A DNA stretch of 32,000 nucleotides from Mycobacterium leprae TN (GTDB lineage Bacteria > Actinomycetota > Actinomycetes > Mycobacteriales > Mycobacteriaceae): NCBI RefSeq assembly GCF_000195855.1, contig NC_002677.1, positions 1,410,001 to 1,442,000 on the forward strand, given 5' to 3'. Positions 1 through 10,559 of this stretch are shown in pieces; within the stretch, counting starts at the first letter, position 1, and each line of letters begins with the position of its first letter. The notes beneath the pieces were generated by a model. That model was not told the origin of the DNA and made no database searches. It saw only the letters and a program-made list of their open reading frames with translations. Both the position numbers and the translations under genes were made by a program.

Positions 1-544
1 GGACGGTTGTCAGGACACGAGCGAGTCCAGTTGTGGCATGTATTCCTGAAGTGGAACAACCTTCACTTCCCCCTACTGTGATCACTTTTCTCCAAGTCGC
101 TCAGCGATTGCATTTCGCCCGACGGCCGCTACGTCATCGCAACTTCAATGGTTGCTAGCGGTGTGCACAGAAAGCAGGTTTTGAACTGCGATCTTTGCCT
201 AACACAATTGTCGTGATAACGTCTTTATCACGCCGACGGTCCTGTCGATAGCAATTGAGGCAGAGTTCGGTGCCAGCGGCTAGTTGATAACAAATATGGA
301 TCGTGATCGCGTGGTAGGTACTATATCCTCTTACCTGTTTAGTTGTTTAGTGGTCGTGCGCAAAAAGCGAAACCCGATCAGTCGGTGCAGGGCTTTCGTA
401 CCATCGCTGTATGTGCTGGTTTCTCCAGCTAGTGACCTTCGTTAGCTATGACTGAACTTAGGCGATGTAGTGGTGGTTGGATTCGCCGTTTCTGCAGCAT
501 TTACTTTATCCTGGTCTCACCTCCTTGCGGCTTGCGGTGCCACA

Positions 545-784
545 ACCCGCGCGGATCAGTAGAATCGTCGCTAACGGCGTCGATCCGGCCATCACCGGTT
601 AGCCTTCGGAAGAATAGCGCTACGTCCTAGTAGAAGCCCAGTAAAACCGAACGGGTGGGCCCGTCACAGCCTCGAATGAGTGGCCGTGCGTTCGCGTGCG
701 GCAAGCGGGGTGGTACCGCGGCGCTCGCGCACCTAGCGCGTCGTCGTCCCCGTGTCTACTTGTGTTAAGTGGCCCAGGAGACGT
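545..784 (+). promoter_or_regulatory. T-box leader (tRNA-Ile sensing) upstream of ileS, probably the actinobacterial translational (SD-sequestering) type
   Basis: The canonical T-box core GGGUGGUACCGCG lies at 708-720; its UGGU would pair with an ACCA tRNA 3' end. It sits 65 nt upstream of the ileS ATG. SD AGGAG is at 776-780, 4 nt before the ATG. CGUGUCU at 751-757 can pair with the SD region 777-784 with one mismatch. Candidate AUC specifiers are at 564-566 (in AGUAGAAUCG) and 591-593 (CCAUCA). The 5' boundary and Stem I were not resolved by eye. Confidence 0.7.
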
Positions 785-3700
785 ATGACTAACAGCGCCT
801 ACCCGCGCACTGATCTGGGCGCCGACCAGCGCGGCGGGTCCCCAAATTTTCCTGCGCTGGAAGCCCAGGTCCTCGATTATTGGTCCAACGACGATACTTT
901 TCGGGCCAGCATTGCCCGTTGTGACGACGCCCCCGAGTACGTGTTCTATGACGGACCTCCCTTCGCTAATGGCCTGCCACATTATGGGCATCTGCTCACC
1001 GGCTATGTGAAGGACATCGTTCCGCGTTACCGCACCATGTGTGGCTATAAAGTAGAGCGCCGCTTTGGTTGGGACACGCACGGGCTGCCTGCTGAACTCG
1101 AAGTCGAGCGGCAGCTGGGTATCACCGACAAATCCCAGATCGACGCCATGGGAATTGCCGCGTTCAACGAAGCATGTCGCAAATCGGTGTTGCGCTACAC
1201 GGAAGAATGGCAGGCGTATGTAACCCGCCAGGCACGCTGGGTCGACTTCGATAACGATTACAAGACACTCGATCTGTCTTACATGGAGTCTGTGATCTGG
1301 GCGTTTAAACAGCTGTGGGACAAGGGTTTGGCTTACGAGAGCTATCGGGTGTTGCCGTACTGCTGGCGCGACGAAACCCCGCTATCCAACCACGAACTGC
1401 GGATGGACGACGACGTCTATCAAAGCCGCCAGGATCCGGCGGTCACGCTGGGCTTCAAGGTGCTGGGGGGTGACGATGAGGACCTAGTTGGTGCTTATCT
1501 TTTGGTGTGGACGACGACGCCCTGGACTTTACCGTCGAACCTGGCCGTTGCCGTCCATCCGGATGTAACCTATGTCGATGTCAGGGCAGGCGATCGCCGT
1601 TTCGTTTTGGCACAGGCGCGTCTGACCGCCTATGCTCGAGAGCTAGGCGACGAACCTGAGGTGCTTGCCACCTATCGTGGCGCCGATCTGCTGGGCAGGC
1701 ACTATCTGCCGCCGTTCCAGTATTTCTACGAGTCTGCTAGAAATGCATTTCAGGTGCTCCCAGGAGACTTCGTGACTACTGATGACGGCACTGGTATCGT
1801 CCATATCGCGCCTGCCTACGGCGAAGATGATATGGCGACCGCCGATAAGGTTGGCATCGTTCCGGTCACGCCGGTTGACTCTAACGGTTGTTTTGACGCC
1901 ACCGTGCCCGATTACCAGGGGCAACACGTCTTTGAGGCCAACGCCCAGATCATCCGCGATCTGAAGAACCAGAGTGGCTCGGCGGCGGTGAACGGCGCGG
2001 TGTTGCTTCGTCACGAAACCTATGAGCACCCATACCCGCATTGCTGGCGATGTCGCAATCCGCTGATCTACCGTGCGGTGTCGTCATGGTTTGTCGCTGT
2101 GACGGAATTCCGGGACCGCATGGTGGAACTGAACCAACAGATCACCTGGTATCCTGAGCACGTCAAGGACGGTCAGTTTGGTAAGTGGTTGCAGGGTGCC
2201 CGCGATTGGTCTATCTCACGAAACCGCTACTGGGGCACCCCAATCCCAGTGTGGAAATCGGATGATCCCGATTACCCAAGAATCGATGTATACGGCAGCT
2301 TGGATGAGCTGGAGCGCGATTTCGGGGTGCGTCCCACGAATCTACATCGCCCCTACATCGACGAGCTCACCCGACCCAACCCTGACGATCCCACCGGCCT
2401 TAGCACCATGCGACGGATCCCGGATGTTTTTGATGTGTGGTTCGACTCGGGTTCTATGCCATATGCTCAGGTGCACTACCCGTTTGAAAACGATGACTGG
2501 TTCGACGGGTTCGATTCCGCTGATTCTGACAAGCAGGTCGACGCGCACTATCCTGGCGATTTCATCGTCGAGTACATCGGTCAGGCCCGCGGTTGGTTCT
2601 ACACGCTACATGTGCTGGCCACTGCACTCTTTGATCGTCCGGCATTCAAAACCTGTATAGCGCATGGGGTTGTGCTGGGGTCTAACGGTCAGAAGATGAG
2701 CAAGTCGTTGCGCAACTACCCAGACGTTACTGAGATATTTGACCGCGACGGTTCCGATGCCATGCGGTGGTTTTTGATGGCCTCGCCGATCCTGCGTGGC
2801 GGCAACCTCATCATAACTGAACCCGGAATCCGCGAAGGCATGCGGCAGGTGCTGCTGCCGTTGTGGAACGCTTACAGTTTTTTGGCCCTTTACGCACCCA
2901 AAATCGGTACCTGGCATACGGATGTGTCGCATGTGTTGGACCGTTATATTCTGGCGAAGCTGGCGGTACTGCGTGATGATCTCAGTCAGGCGATGGAGGT
3001 CTGTGATATCTCTGGGGCCTGCGAACAGCTTCGCCAATTCACCGAGCCGCTAACGAATTGGTATTTGCGACGGTCGCGTGCGCGGTTCTGGGACGAAGAT
3101 GTTGATGCTATCGATACCCTGCACACCGTGCTGGAAGTGACCGCCAGGTTGGCTGCACCACTTCTCCCGTTGATCACCGAGATTATTTGGCGCAGTGTCA
3201 CTGGTGGGCGTTCGGTACACCTGACCGATTGGCCGCAAGCCAACCAGCTACCCGCCGACCCTGACCTGGTTGCTGTGATGGATCAGGTCCGACAAGTGTG
3301 TTCCGCAGCGTCATCGCTGCGCAAGGCTAAGAAGCTTCGGGTACGCCTTCCTCTACCGAAACTCGTTGTAGCAGTGTATAATTCACAGAGACTAAAGCCC
3401 TACATTGACTTAATCGGCGATGAGCTTAACGTCAAGCAGATAGAACTGACCGATGCTATTGACACCTACGGCCGATTTGAGTTCACCGTCAACGCTCGAG
3501 TGGCCGGGCCGCGATTGGGAAGGGATGTGCAGGCTGCCATCAAGGTGGTAAAGGCGGGAGAAGGGGTCGCCAACCCGGATGGCACCCTGACCGCCGGGCC
3601 CGTTGTGCTGCAACCTGACGAGTACAGTTCGCGGTTGGTGGCCGCTAACCCGGAATTTACCGCGGAGCTGCCCGACGGGTCCGGTCTTGTTGTGTTGGAC

Positions 3701-3964
3701 GATACGGTGACTCCCGAACTGGAGGCCGAGGGCTGGGCCAAGGATCGGATCCGCGAACTACAGGAGTTGCGTAAGTTGATCGGGCTGGATGTTTCCGATC
3801 GTATCCGGGTGTTGATGTCGGTGCCGGCCGAGCGGGCTGACTGGGCGCGCGTCCATCGCGACTTCATCGCTAGGGAAATCCTGGCCACCAGCTTCGAGTT
3901 TGGCGAGCCGGCTGATTCGGTGGCTATCGGAGATGGCGTCCGAGTCAGCCTTTTAAAGGTCTAA
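785..3964 (+). CDS. ileS: Isoleucyl-tRNA synthetase (class I, type 2 eukaryote-like form typical of mycobacteria)
   Basis: The uninterrupted ORF runs 752-3964. The HYGH motif (GLPHYGHLL) and KMSKS motif ([13 protein letters not shown]) are both present. ATG 785 ([10 protein letters not shown]...) follows the SD AGGAG, whereas the GTG at 752 lies inside the leader and is less likely. Confidence 0.96.
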   Translation: MTNSAYPRTDLGADQRGGSPNFPALEAQVLDYWSNDDTFRASIARCDDAPEYVFYDGPPFANGLPHYGHLLTGYVKDIVPRYRTMCGYKVERRFGWDTHGLPAELEVERQLGITDKSQIDAMGIAAFNEACRKSVLRYTEEWQAYVTRQARWVDFDNDYKTLDLSYMESVIWAFKQLWDKGLAYESYRVLPYCWRDETPLSNHELRMDDDVYQSRQDPAVTLGFKVLGGDDEDLVGAYLLVWTTTPWTLPSNLAVAVHPDVTYVDVRAGDRRFVLAQARLTAYARELGDEPEVLATYRGADLLGRHYLPPFQYFYESARNAFQVLPGDFVTTDDGTGIVHIAPAYGEDDMATADKVGIVPVTPVDSNGCFDATVPDYQGQHVFEANAQIIRDLKNQSGSAAVNGAVLLRHETYEHPYPHCWRCRNPLIYRAVSSWFVAVTEFRDRMVELNQQITWYPEHVKDGQFGKWLQGARDWSISRNRYWGTPIPVWKSDDPDYPRIDVYGSLDELERDFGVRPTNLHRPYIDELTRPNPDDPTGLSTMRRIPDVFDVWFDSGSMPYAQVHYPFENDDWFDGFDSADSDKQVDAHYPGDFIVEYIGQARGWFYTLHVLATALFDRPAFKTCIAHGVVLGSNGQKMSKSLRNYPDVTEIFDRDGSDAMRWFLMASPILRGGNLIITEPGIREGMRQVLLPLWNAYSFLALYAPKIGTWHTDVSHVLDRYILAKLAVLRDDLSQAMEVCDISGACEQLRQFTEPLTNWYLRRSRARFWDEDVDAIDTLHTVLEVTARLAAPLLPLITEIIWRSVTGGRSVHLTDWPQANQLPADPDLVAVMDQVRQVCSAASSLRKAKKLRVRLPLPKLVVAVYNSQRLKPYIDLIGDELNVKQIELTDAIDTYGRFEFTVNARVAGPRLGRDVQAAIKVVKAGEGVANPDGTLTAGPVVLQPDEYSSRLVAANPEFTAELPDGSGLVVLDDTVTPELEAEGWAKDRIRELQELRKLIGLDVSDRIRVLMSVPAERADWARVHRDFIAREILATSFEFGEPADSVAIGDGVRVSLLKV

Positions 3965-4600
3965 GTCGAGATCAACGTTTTGCCGAGCAAGTTTGAGAAC
4001 AGCCTTGCAAAACGTCGATCTCGACGCGAGAAAATCAGATGTAATCGCGTGCCAGCGCTGCGTGTCGTGTCGGACGTCGACATCATGAAATCCCGCTATG
4101 TGCAATCGATCCGGCGGCTCTTTCGGCGAGACATGATTGCAGATGTTGCAGCAGTTCAGGATATGGCAGAGTAGAGAAGTCAGGCTGTTGTTACCGGCGA
4201 AGACGCCGCCGGAGCGAAGCACCCGGAAGGTGTCTGCGAACAGCCGAGCTTGCTGCTTTGCGGTGTGGGACGTGATGCAGCATGTGTGAACGACACCACC
4301 TCGCTGAACTCGTCGTCCGGCAATCCGGTATCGGTGCCGTTTGCGTTGATGATGTTTGCCCGGTTGCCGTAGAGGTCCTGCAGTCTTTGGGCCATCGGCA
4401 GATCGATCTCGACGGCAGTGATTTTTGGTGTCTTGTCTACCAGCACCCGCAAAAATGCGCCATACCCCGACCTGATCCTCGAGGAGGTTATCGCCGAACT
4501 CCATGCCGGCGAGCACCCAAGGCAACAGCCGGCCTTCGATTTCCTTGGCCCAGTGGTCCGAAATTGCAGCACAACCTATGGCAGAGGTTCATGGGCATAC
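3953..4600 (-). pseudogene. Class I SAM-dependent methyltransferase, frameshifted
   Basis: Two minus-strand frames must be spliced. One reads ...SGYGAFLRVLVDKTPKITAVEIDLPMAQRLQDLYGNRANIINANGTDTGLPDDEFSEVVSF (ORF 4180-4572). The other reads ...TAKQQARLFADTFRVLRSGGVFAG...PPDRLHIAGFHDVDV (ORF 3953-4525). Together they give MTase motifs I, post-I, II and III in the correct order. A further frameshift lies in the glycine-rich motif I region. Confidence 0.6.
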
Positions 4601-4629
4601 CAAAGGACGTAGACCAATCACCTATGGCC

Positions 4630-6010
4630 CCCAAATGCTACTACTACCGGGTATGCGGTACCATTAAAAAAAAACCGTTCTTCGTTTCCATAGAACAACT
4701 TAACCGACCGACCCTGCTAGGGCGGCCGATGCTAGTGGGTGGTCGCTGGAGCGAATTATGGTAATGCAAGTGTTCAATGTTCGCTCGGCCAATGCCCGAT
4801 GCACCAGCTCCGCTCGTTGGTCGCCGTGGCCGCGGTGGTGTTGCCGTCGCGTGGTGTGATGTATGTGGTAGCCAGTCGTTGGGTCATCGGCGTGCTGCGC
4901 AGTATTTTGTGTCTGGTCGGGCAACTGTGCGTTTGACGAGGCGTTCGCCTAGCTGCCTCCAACTTGTCGGGGTGTCAGCCTCCGATGTCGAAGTGCTCTT
5001 TGCGGCCACGGGTGTGAGACGAGACTGGCTTGATCGCCTTGGTCGGTGCCGGATCGGGAAAGTCGATTGCCAAGATTATCTCTGGTCCGGTAAAACCGAC
5101 GGCATTAGGGTTAGTTTGTCGCGTAGATGAGCAGCGATTGTTTGGGGGGAGTTGCCTGTGCGTCGACTGTGGGGCATCAGCCCGGTCGCAGAAGATTAAG
5201 CTGAATCGACTTAGCATCGAGACGATCGGGCAGTTCGCTGCGCTGACTGACTCCGAAGCGGCTAACATTCTGGGTGCGACAATTGCGCCTACGCTGTACC
5301 GGCTAGCTCGTGGCATCAACGACCGACTGGTCACCGAGCGTGCCGAAGCAAAGCAGATCAGCTCTGAGTCCACCTTTGTGATCAATCTGACCAGCCTGGA
5401 GCAGTTATGTGAGGCGTTCGAGCCGATCGCCTCACATGTGTACATGACTACTGCGCGACAGCCGCGGCGCGCATTATCGTCACGGTGAAGCGCAAGAAAT
5501 CAGACATGAGCACACTGATGCGGTTGGCGATGTCACTCTAACATGACGACCGAAACCAGTGCGTTAATTGCGATGGCTCGCTTGCTGTTGCTATATCCAC
5601 GTCCGCTCGGGACTACTCTGCCTTTCTCAGTGTGGGGTTTTCGGGATTGAACGGTGTGCGTCAGGGAGGTCTGTTATCGGACGTGAGATTGTCGGCTCAG
5701 CTTTTCGGAGGCTGTGATTATTCCGTTTGGCATCCCTGCCGGCCAGCAGGCCATCCTGTGCACAACCGTGTGGCTTGATAGATTGGCAAAACGACATCAA
5801 GCATCGTGACCTTGGGCACGGCTGAATTCAGGACGTGGGCTACGTCGTGGTAACTGTGCGGGTGTGAGACCTGCGGCTCGGGTCCGGGGCCAGCCCAGAC
5901 ATTCACCGTCGACACCTGCGATGTCGTTAAAGTCAACCCGCTTGACAGTCTCGACTGGTCGGACTATCTCGACTGGTCGGACTATATAGTCAAGTGGTGG
6001 GTCGAGGATT
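4630..6010 (+). pseudogene. dinX: Y-family DNA polymerase IV (DinB1/DinX, Rv1537-like), multiply frameshifted
   Basis: Segments appear in the expected order across all three plus frames: PFFVSIEQLNRPTLLGRPMLVGG, then PMHQLRSLVAVAAVVLPSRGVMYVVASR, then LIALVGAGSGKSIAKIISGPVKP, then NRLSIETIGQFAALTDSEAANILGATIAPTLYRLARGINDRLVTERAEAKQISSESTF, then KKSDMSTLMR, then VWGFSGL. A C-terminal [17 protein letters not shown]-type tail follows. The total span matches an Rv1537-sized gene ending just before the convergent ansA stop. Confidence 0.8.
5950..5985. repeat. Perfect 18-bp tandem duplication (2 copies of CTCGACTGGTCGGACTAT)
   Basis: Read directly: 5950-5967 is identical to 5968-5985. The duplication is in frame (6 codons, [12 protein letters not shown]) in the C-terminal tail of the dinX pseudogene. 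Confidence 0.95.
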
Positions 6011-6021
6011 CGGTGGGTACG

Positions 6022-7634
<1,613 letters not shown>

Positions 7635-7669
7635 TGGCCGGAAGCGACGATGAAGAGGGCAGAAATGCG

Positions 7670-7719
7670 GTGGGGAGGTGCCCCCCACAGGTGGGTGTGG
7701 GCGCCCCACTTTGGGGGCG
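7670..7719 (+). other. Two short G/C-run hairpins in the lspA-rluD spacer
   Basis: GTGGGG (7670-7675) pairs with CCCCAC (7683-7688). CGCCCC (7702-7707) pairs with GGGGCG (7714-7719) over a 6-nt loop and is followed by a moderately T-rich stretch. Function is unknown. Confidence 0.3.
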
Positions 7720-7752
7720 TGCCTCAATTGTTTGCGGGGAAGAGTAGCGCTT

Positions 7753-8679
7753 GTGACGGACCGTTCTATGCCCATACCGGAGGGACTCGCGGGCATGCGT
7801 GTTGATGCTGGGCTGGCGCGCCTGCTGGGCCTGTCTCGAACTGCCGTAGCTGCTCTCGCCGAAGATGGCGGTGTCGAGTTGGATGGCGTGCAGGCGGGAA
7901 AGTCCGATCGGCTGACGTCGGGTGCCTGGCTGCAGGTACGCTTGTGCGAGGCACCGGCGCCGTTGGAGAACACTCCGGTCGACATCGAGGACATGACGAT
8001 CCTGTATTCCGACGACGATATCGTCGCAGTTGACAAGCCGGCAGCGGTGGCGGCGCATGCATCAGTAGGCTGGGCCGGGCCGACGGTGCTCGGTGGCCTG
8101 GCTGCTGCCGGCTACCGGATCACCACATCGGGTGTGCCTGAGCGCCAAGGCATTGTGCATCGCCTCGACGTCGGCACCTCGGGTGTGATGTTGGTGGCGA
8201 TCTCCGAGCGCGCCTACACAGTGCTCAAGCGGGCGTTCAAATGCCGGACGGTCGACAAGCGCTACCATGCGCTGGTGCAGGGCCACCCGGACCCGTCCAG
8301 CGGAACGATCGACGCGCCGATTGGCCGACACCGTGGCCACACCTGGAAGTTCGCAGTCACCAAAGACGGTCGGCACAGTATCACCCACTACGATACCCTG
8401 GAAGCCTTCGTCGCCGCGAGCCTGCTAGACGTTCATCTGGAAACCGGGCGCACCCACCAGATCCGAGCGCATTTTGCCGAATTGCATCGGCCATGCTGCG
8501 GCGACCTCGTTTATGGGGCCGACCCGAAGCTGGCGAAAAGACTTGGTCTAGAACGTCAATGGCTGCACGCTCGGTCGTTGTCATTCGCCCATCCGGCCGA
8601 CGGCAGGCGGGTCGAGATCGTTAGCTCCTACCCACCCGATCTGCAGCACGCACTGGATGTGCTGCGCGCTGAAAGCTGA
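7753..8679 (+). CDS. rluD: RluA/RluD-family 23S rRNA pseudouridine synthase (Rv1540-like) with N-terminal S4-like domain
   Basis: The intact ORF contains the catalytic [11 protein letters not shown] motif and the downstream GRTHQIR motif. A GTG 7753 start gives (M)[17 protein letters not shown]...; ATG 7768 is an alternative. The maximal ORF from 7678 is Gly/Cys/Arg-rich and unlikely to be coding. Confidence 0.9.
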   Translation: MTDRSMPIPEGLAGMRVDAGLARLLGLSRTAVAALAEDGGVELDGVQAGKSDRLTSGAWLQVRLCEAPAPLENTPVDIEDMTILYSDDDIVAVDKPAAVAAHASVGWAGPTVLGGLAAAGYRITTSGVPERQGIVHRLDVGTSGVMLVAISERAYTVLKRAFKCRTVDKRYHALVQGHPDPSSGTIDAPIGRHRGHTWKFAVTKDGRHSITHYDTLEAFVAASLLDVHLETGRTHQIRAHFAELHRPCCGDLVYGADPKLAKRLGLERQWLHARSLSFAHPADGRRVEIVSSYPPDLQHALDVLRAES

Positions 8680-8700
8680 CTGGCACCAACGTTCAGTCAG
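8676..8700. terminator. Candidate bidirectional hairpin between convergent rluD and the methyltransferase pseudogene
   Basis: CTGACTG (8676-8682) pairs with CAGTCAG (8694-8700) over an 11-nt loop. The hairpin overlaps both stop codons. The stem is only 7 bp and there is no clear U-tract. Confidence 0.25.
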
Positions 8701-9420
8701 GTTTGCAGGTATCGACGAGGACTCGCGTCAAGTTCGCGACGAACGGCCCGTCGGCCTCAATGCGTTCATGAAGTTCCCACAGCCGGTTGCGATAGCGGTC
8801 CACAGTTAAAGTCAGGCACCGTCTAAATAATCTTACGGAGTAAGTAGATACTGGCGCCGATGTCGAAACTCGACTCGTAGCCGCTTCATGCGTAGATTCA
8901 CGCTACTGTAGGCCAACCGGCTTGTGTTTGCGTACTTACGAGGCTGGGGTGATACTCGGCCCATTTTTCGGGTTGCGGTCCGCTGAAGTACTCGATTAGT
9001 TCGAACATCGTTGCGGGTCTGATTTGCTACGCAAAGTAGGTGCCGCCCGGTCGGAGCATCTGAACGATCTCGGTCCACCACACGGAGATCGGATGACGGG
9101 AGGTCATCAGGTCAAACGCTCCTTAGGTGTGGGGGCGGCGTCGCGCCAGACTAAAACCTCGACGCTGCCGGTGTGCAGTGCTAACGTGGCCTATACGCTA
9201 GCCAAATGTTGATTCAAAGCCCGTTGATAGCCTCAGGACGGTCTTTGCTCCGTCGCATGGGGCCCTTGTACAGGGTACAGCAAAGAAAATTCCCAGCTCT
9301 CGACGGATACCGAATCAGCTTTTGCCGCCAGCTCTTTTCGCATGTGCATCGCATGGCAGACATTCTCAGCTAAATGGACCGGACCGTTGCCGGTATGCCC
9401 AGATATCGATTTAGCATCGC
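8693..9420 (-). pseudogene. Class I SAM-dependent methyltransferase (second, unrelated copy), with stops and frameshifts
   Basis: Minus-strand reading gives GAFDLMTSRHPISVWWTEIVQMLRPGGTYFA*QIRPATMFELIEYFSGPQPEKW, then RMKRLRVEF.DIGA..YLL, and a C-terminal VDRYRNRLWELHERIEADGPFVANLTRVLVDTCKPD*. Upstream segments (ATEQRPS..., GSVEVLVWRDAAPTP) lie in other frames. Confidence 0.65.
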
Positions 9421-9479
9421 CTCGATGCGTACATTTGTTGGCCGGGGATGGCGAACCTGGAACTCGTTGATCGGGCGTT

Positions 9480-10000
9480 GCGGCGTCGTATAGACTAACT
9501 TGTTGCCGTTGAAATCAAGCCTGACCTCGCCTTGGTACTCTCAATATTCAATGCCTTGGTGTCTACCGGGCGTCACTGCCGGATGGTGGGATAAACAGGA
9601 TCGGCTGGTTGTCGTTCTAGTCGAGCACGGCGGTAGGCTAGTTGAACTGGTTGTAGAACTGTGCGGTCAACGACTCGGATCCGTGAAGGGCAGTGGCACG
9701 TGATCACCGTTGGTACCGTGGTAGCTGGGTTAGCGATTGCTAGCTGGACCAGCTGGATCTGATAGGCCTCTACCACGCAGGTGGATATATCGGCGTTTTG
9801 TGCGGAGCCCTATCGCGGACCGTGGACCAACGGTTTTGTGGCTGGTTGTCAGGGTGGTTTGGTCCGCGTCAGGACGGGCCGGTGCCTGGCTAATAGGCGG
9901 TCTGCAGCCGGTGGTCGAGCCCGGTCAGGCCTGGGCTGTAGTGGTTTCGCCCGATACTACGTCGTCACTACGTCGTCGGGGAGGGCAGTGGATCCGATGC
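9480..10000 (-). pseudogene. lprI: Lipoprotein LprI (DUF1311 + MliC-type lysozyme-inhibitor domains), decayed
   Basis: Minus-strand fragments in order are LDHRLQTAY, W.TVRD, C..VEAYQIQLVQLAIANPATTVPTVITCHCP, an SGSDAR* segment (the MliC SGSGARY motif), and GIEY*EYQGEVRLDFNGNKLV. They are spread over several frames and interrupted by in-frame stops. Confidence 0.7.
9956..9977. repeat. Perfect 11-bp tandem duplication (ACTACGTCGTC x2)
   Basis: Read directly: 9956-9966 is identical to 9967-9977. The unit length is not a multiple of 3, so the duplication shifts the frame in the glbN/lprI junction region. Confidence 0.95.
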
Positions 10001-10335
10001 CCCTGAGTGTCTCCGGCACAGAGTCTTAGCGGGGATTCCGACGGCTGTGAGTGCGGTCGCTCAAGTGTCTTGCCGCGAGAGTGGAAGTGATACTATGGTG
10101 ACTCCTCGCCCTGTATACACCTGATTGCATCGACGTATCGTTCTAGAACTCAGGCCTGCCGAGAGTTGCCGCGATAAATTCAGCCTGTTTATCCCTTACG
10201 ATGGCTCATTAATTCGTTCCGGTGAAAACGTGGGCACAGAAATCCTAAACGACAATTTCATCGTCTCGTATCCGCCAATCCTATCGGAGATTCTGACGGG
10301 CTCGCGTTTGTGGAATTGTGACGAAATTCCCATAG
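10000..10335 (-). pseudogene. glbN: Group I truncated haemoglobin (trHbN), decayed
   Basis: Minus-strand fragments are KREPVRISDRIGGYET (the IYDKIGG-type N-terminus), DEIVV*DFCAHVF (the VVEDFY motif), and TGTN**AIVRDKQAEFIAATLGRPE (FxxTNM...KQxxFxxxALGGPE). There are frameshifts, stops and an apparent internal deletion. The position immediately upstream of lprI matches the glbN-lprI operon. Confidence 0.6.
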
Positions 10336-10559
10336 GGGCAGCCGGGAACTGCGATGTTCTGTGTACGTTAGCATCTGATCATGTCCACATTATGTATTGT
10401 TTAACAATCTGTTTTCCCGTTATCAGCCATAAATTTTGTCGTCTGTGCGGCGCCTGGGCTGGGTAACATGACGACGATCTTCATCGATTCATTCAGTGAT
10501 GTTCTCGGGTGGGCATGGTTACCCGGCTCGCATCACCCACGTCGTCCAGTGAGGTGGCC

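Noticed and set aside
620-1081. A 153-aa minus-strand ORF spanning the ileS start and the T-box region, and a 60-aa plus-strand ORF at 448-630.
   Set aside because: They overlap the T-box leader and the ileS 5' end and have no family resemblance, so they are most likely chance ORFs.
10125-10466. A 113-aa plus-strand ORF in a low-GC patch.
   Set aside because: The opposite strand of the lower-coordinate part (up to about 10335) carries the glbN remnants, and the rest is the glbN/Rv1543 divergent spacer. The translation has no family resemblance.
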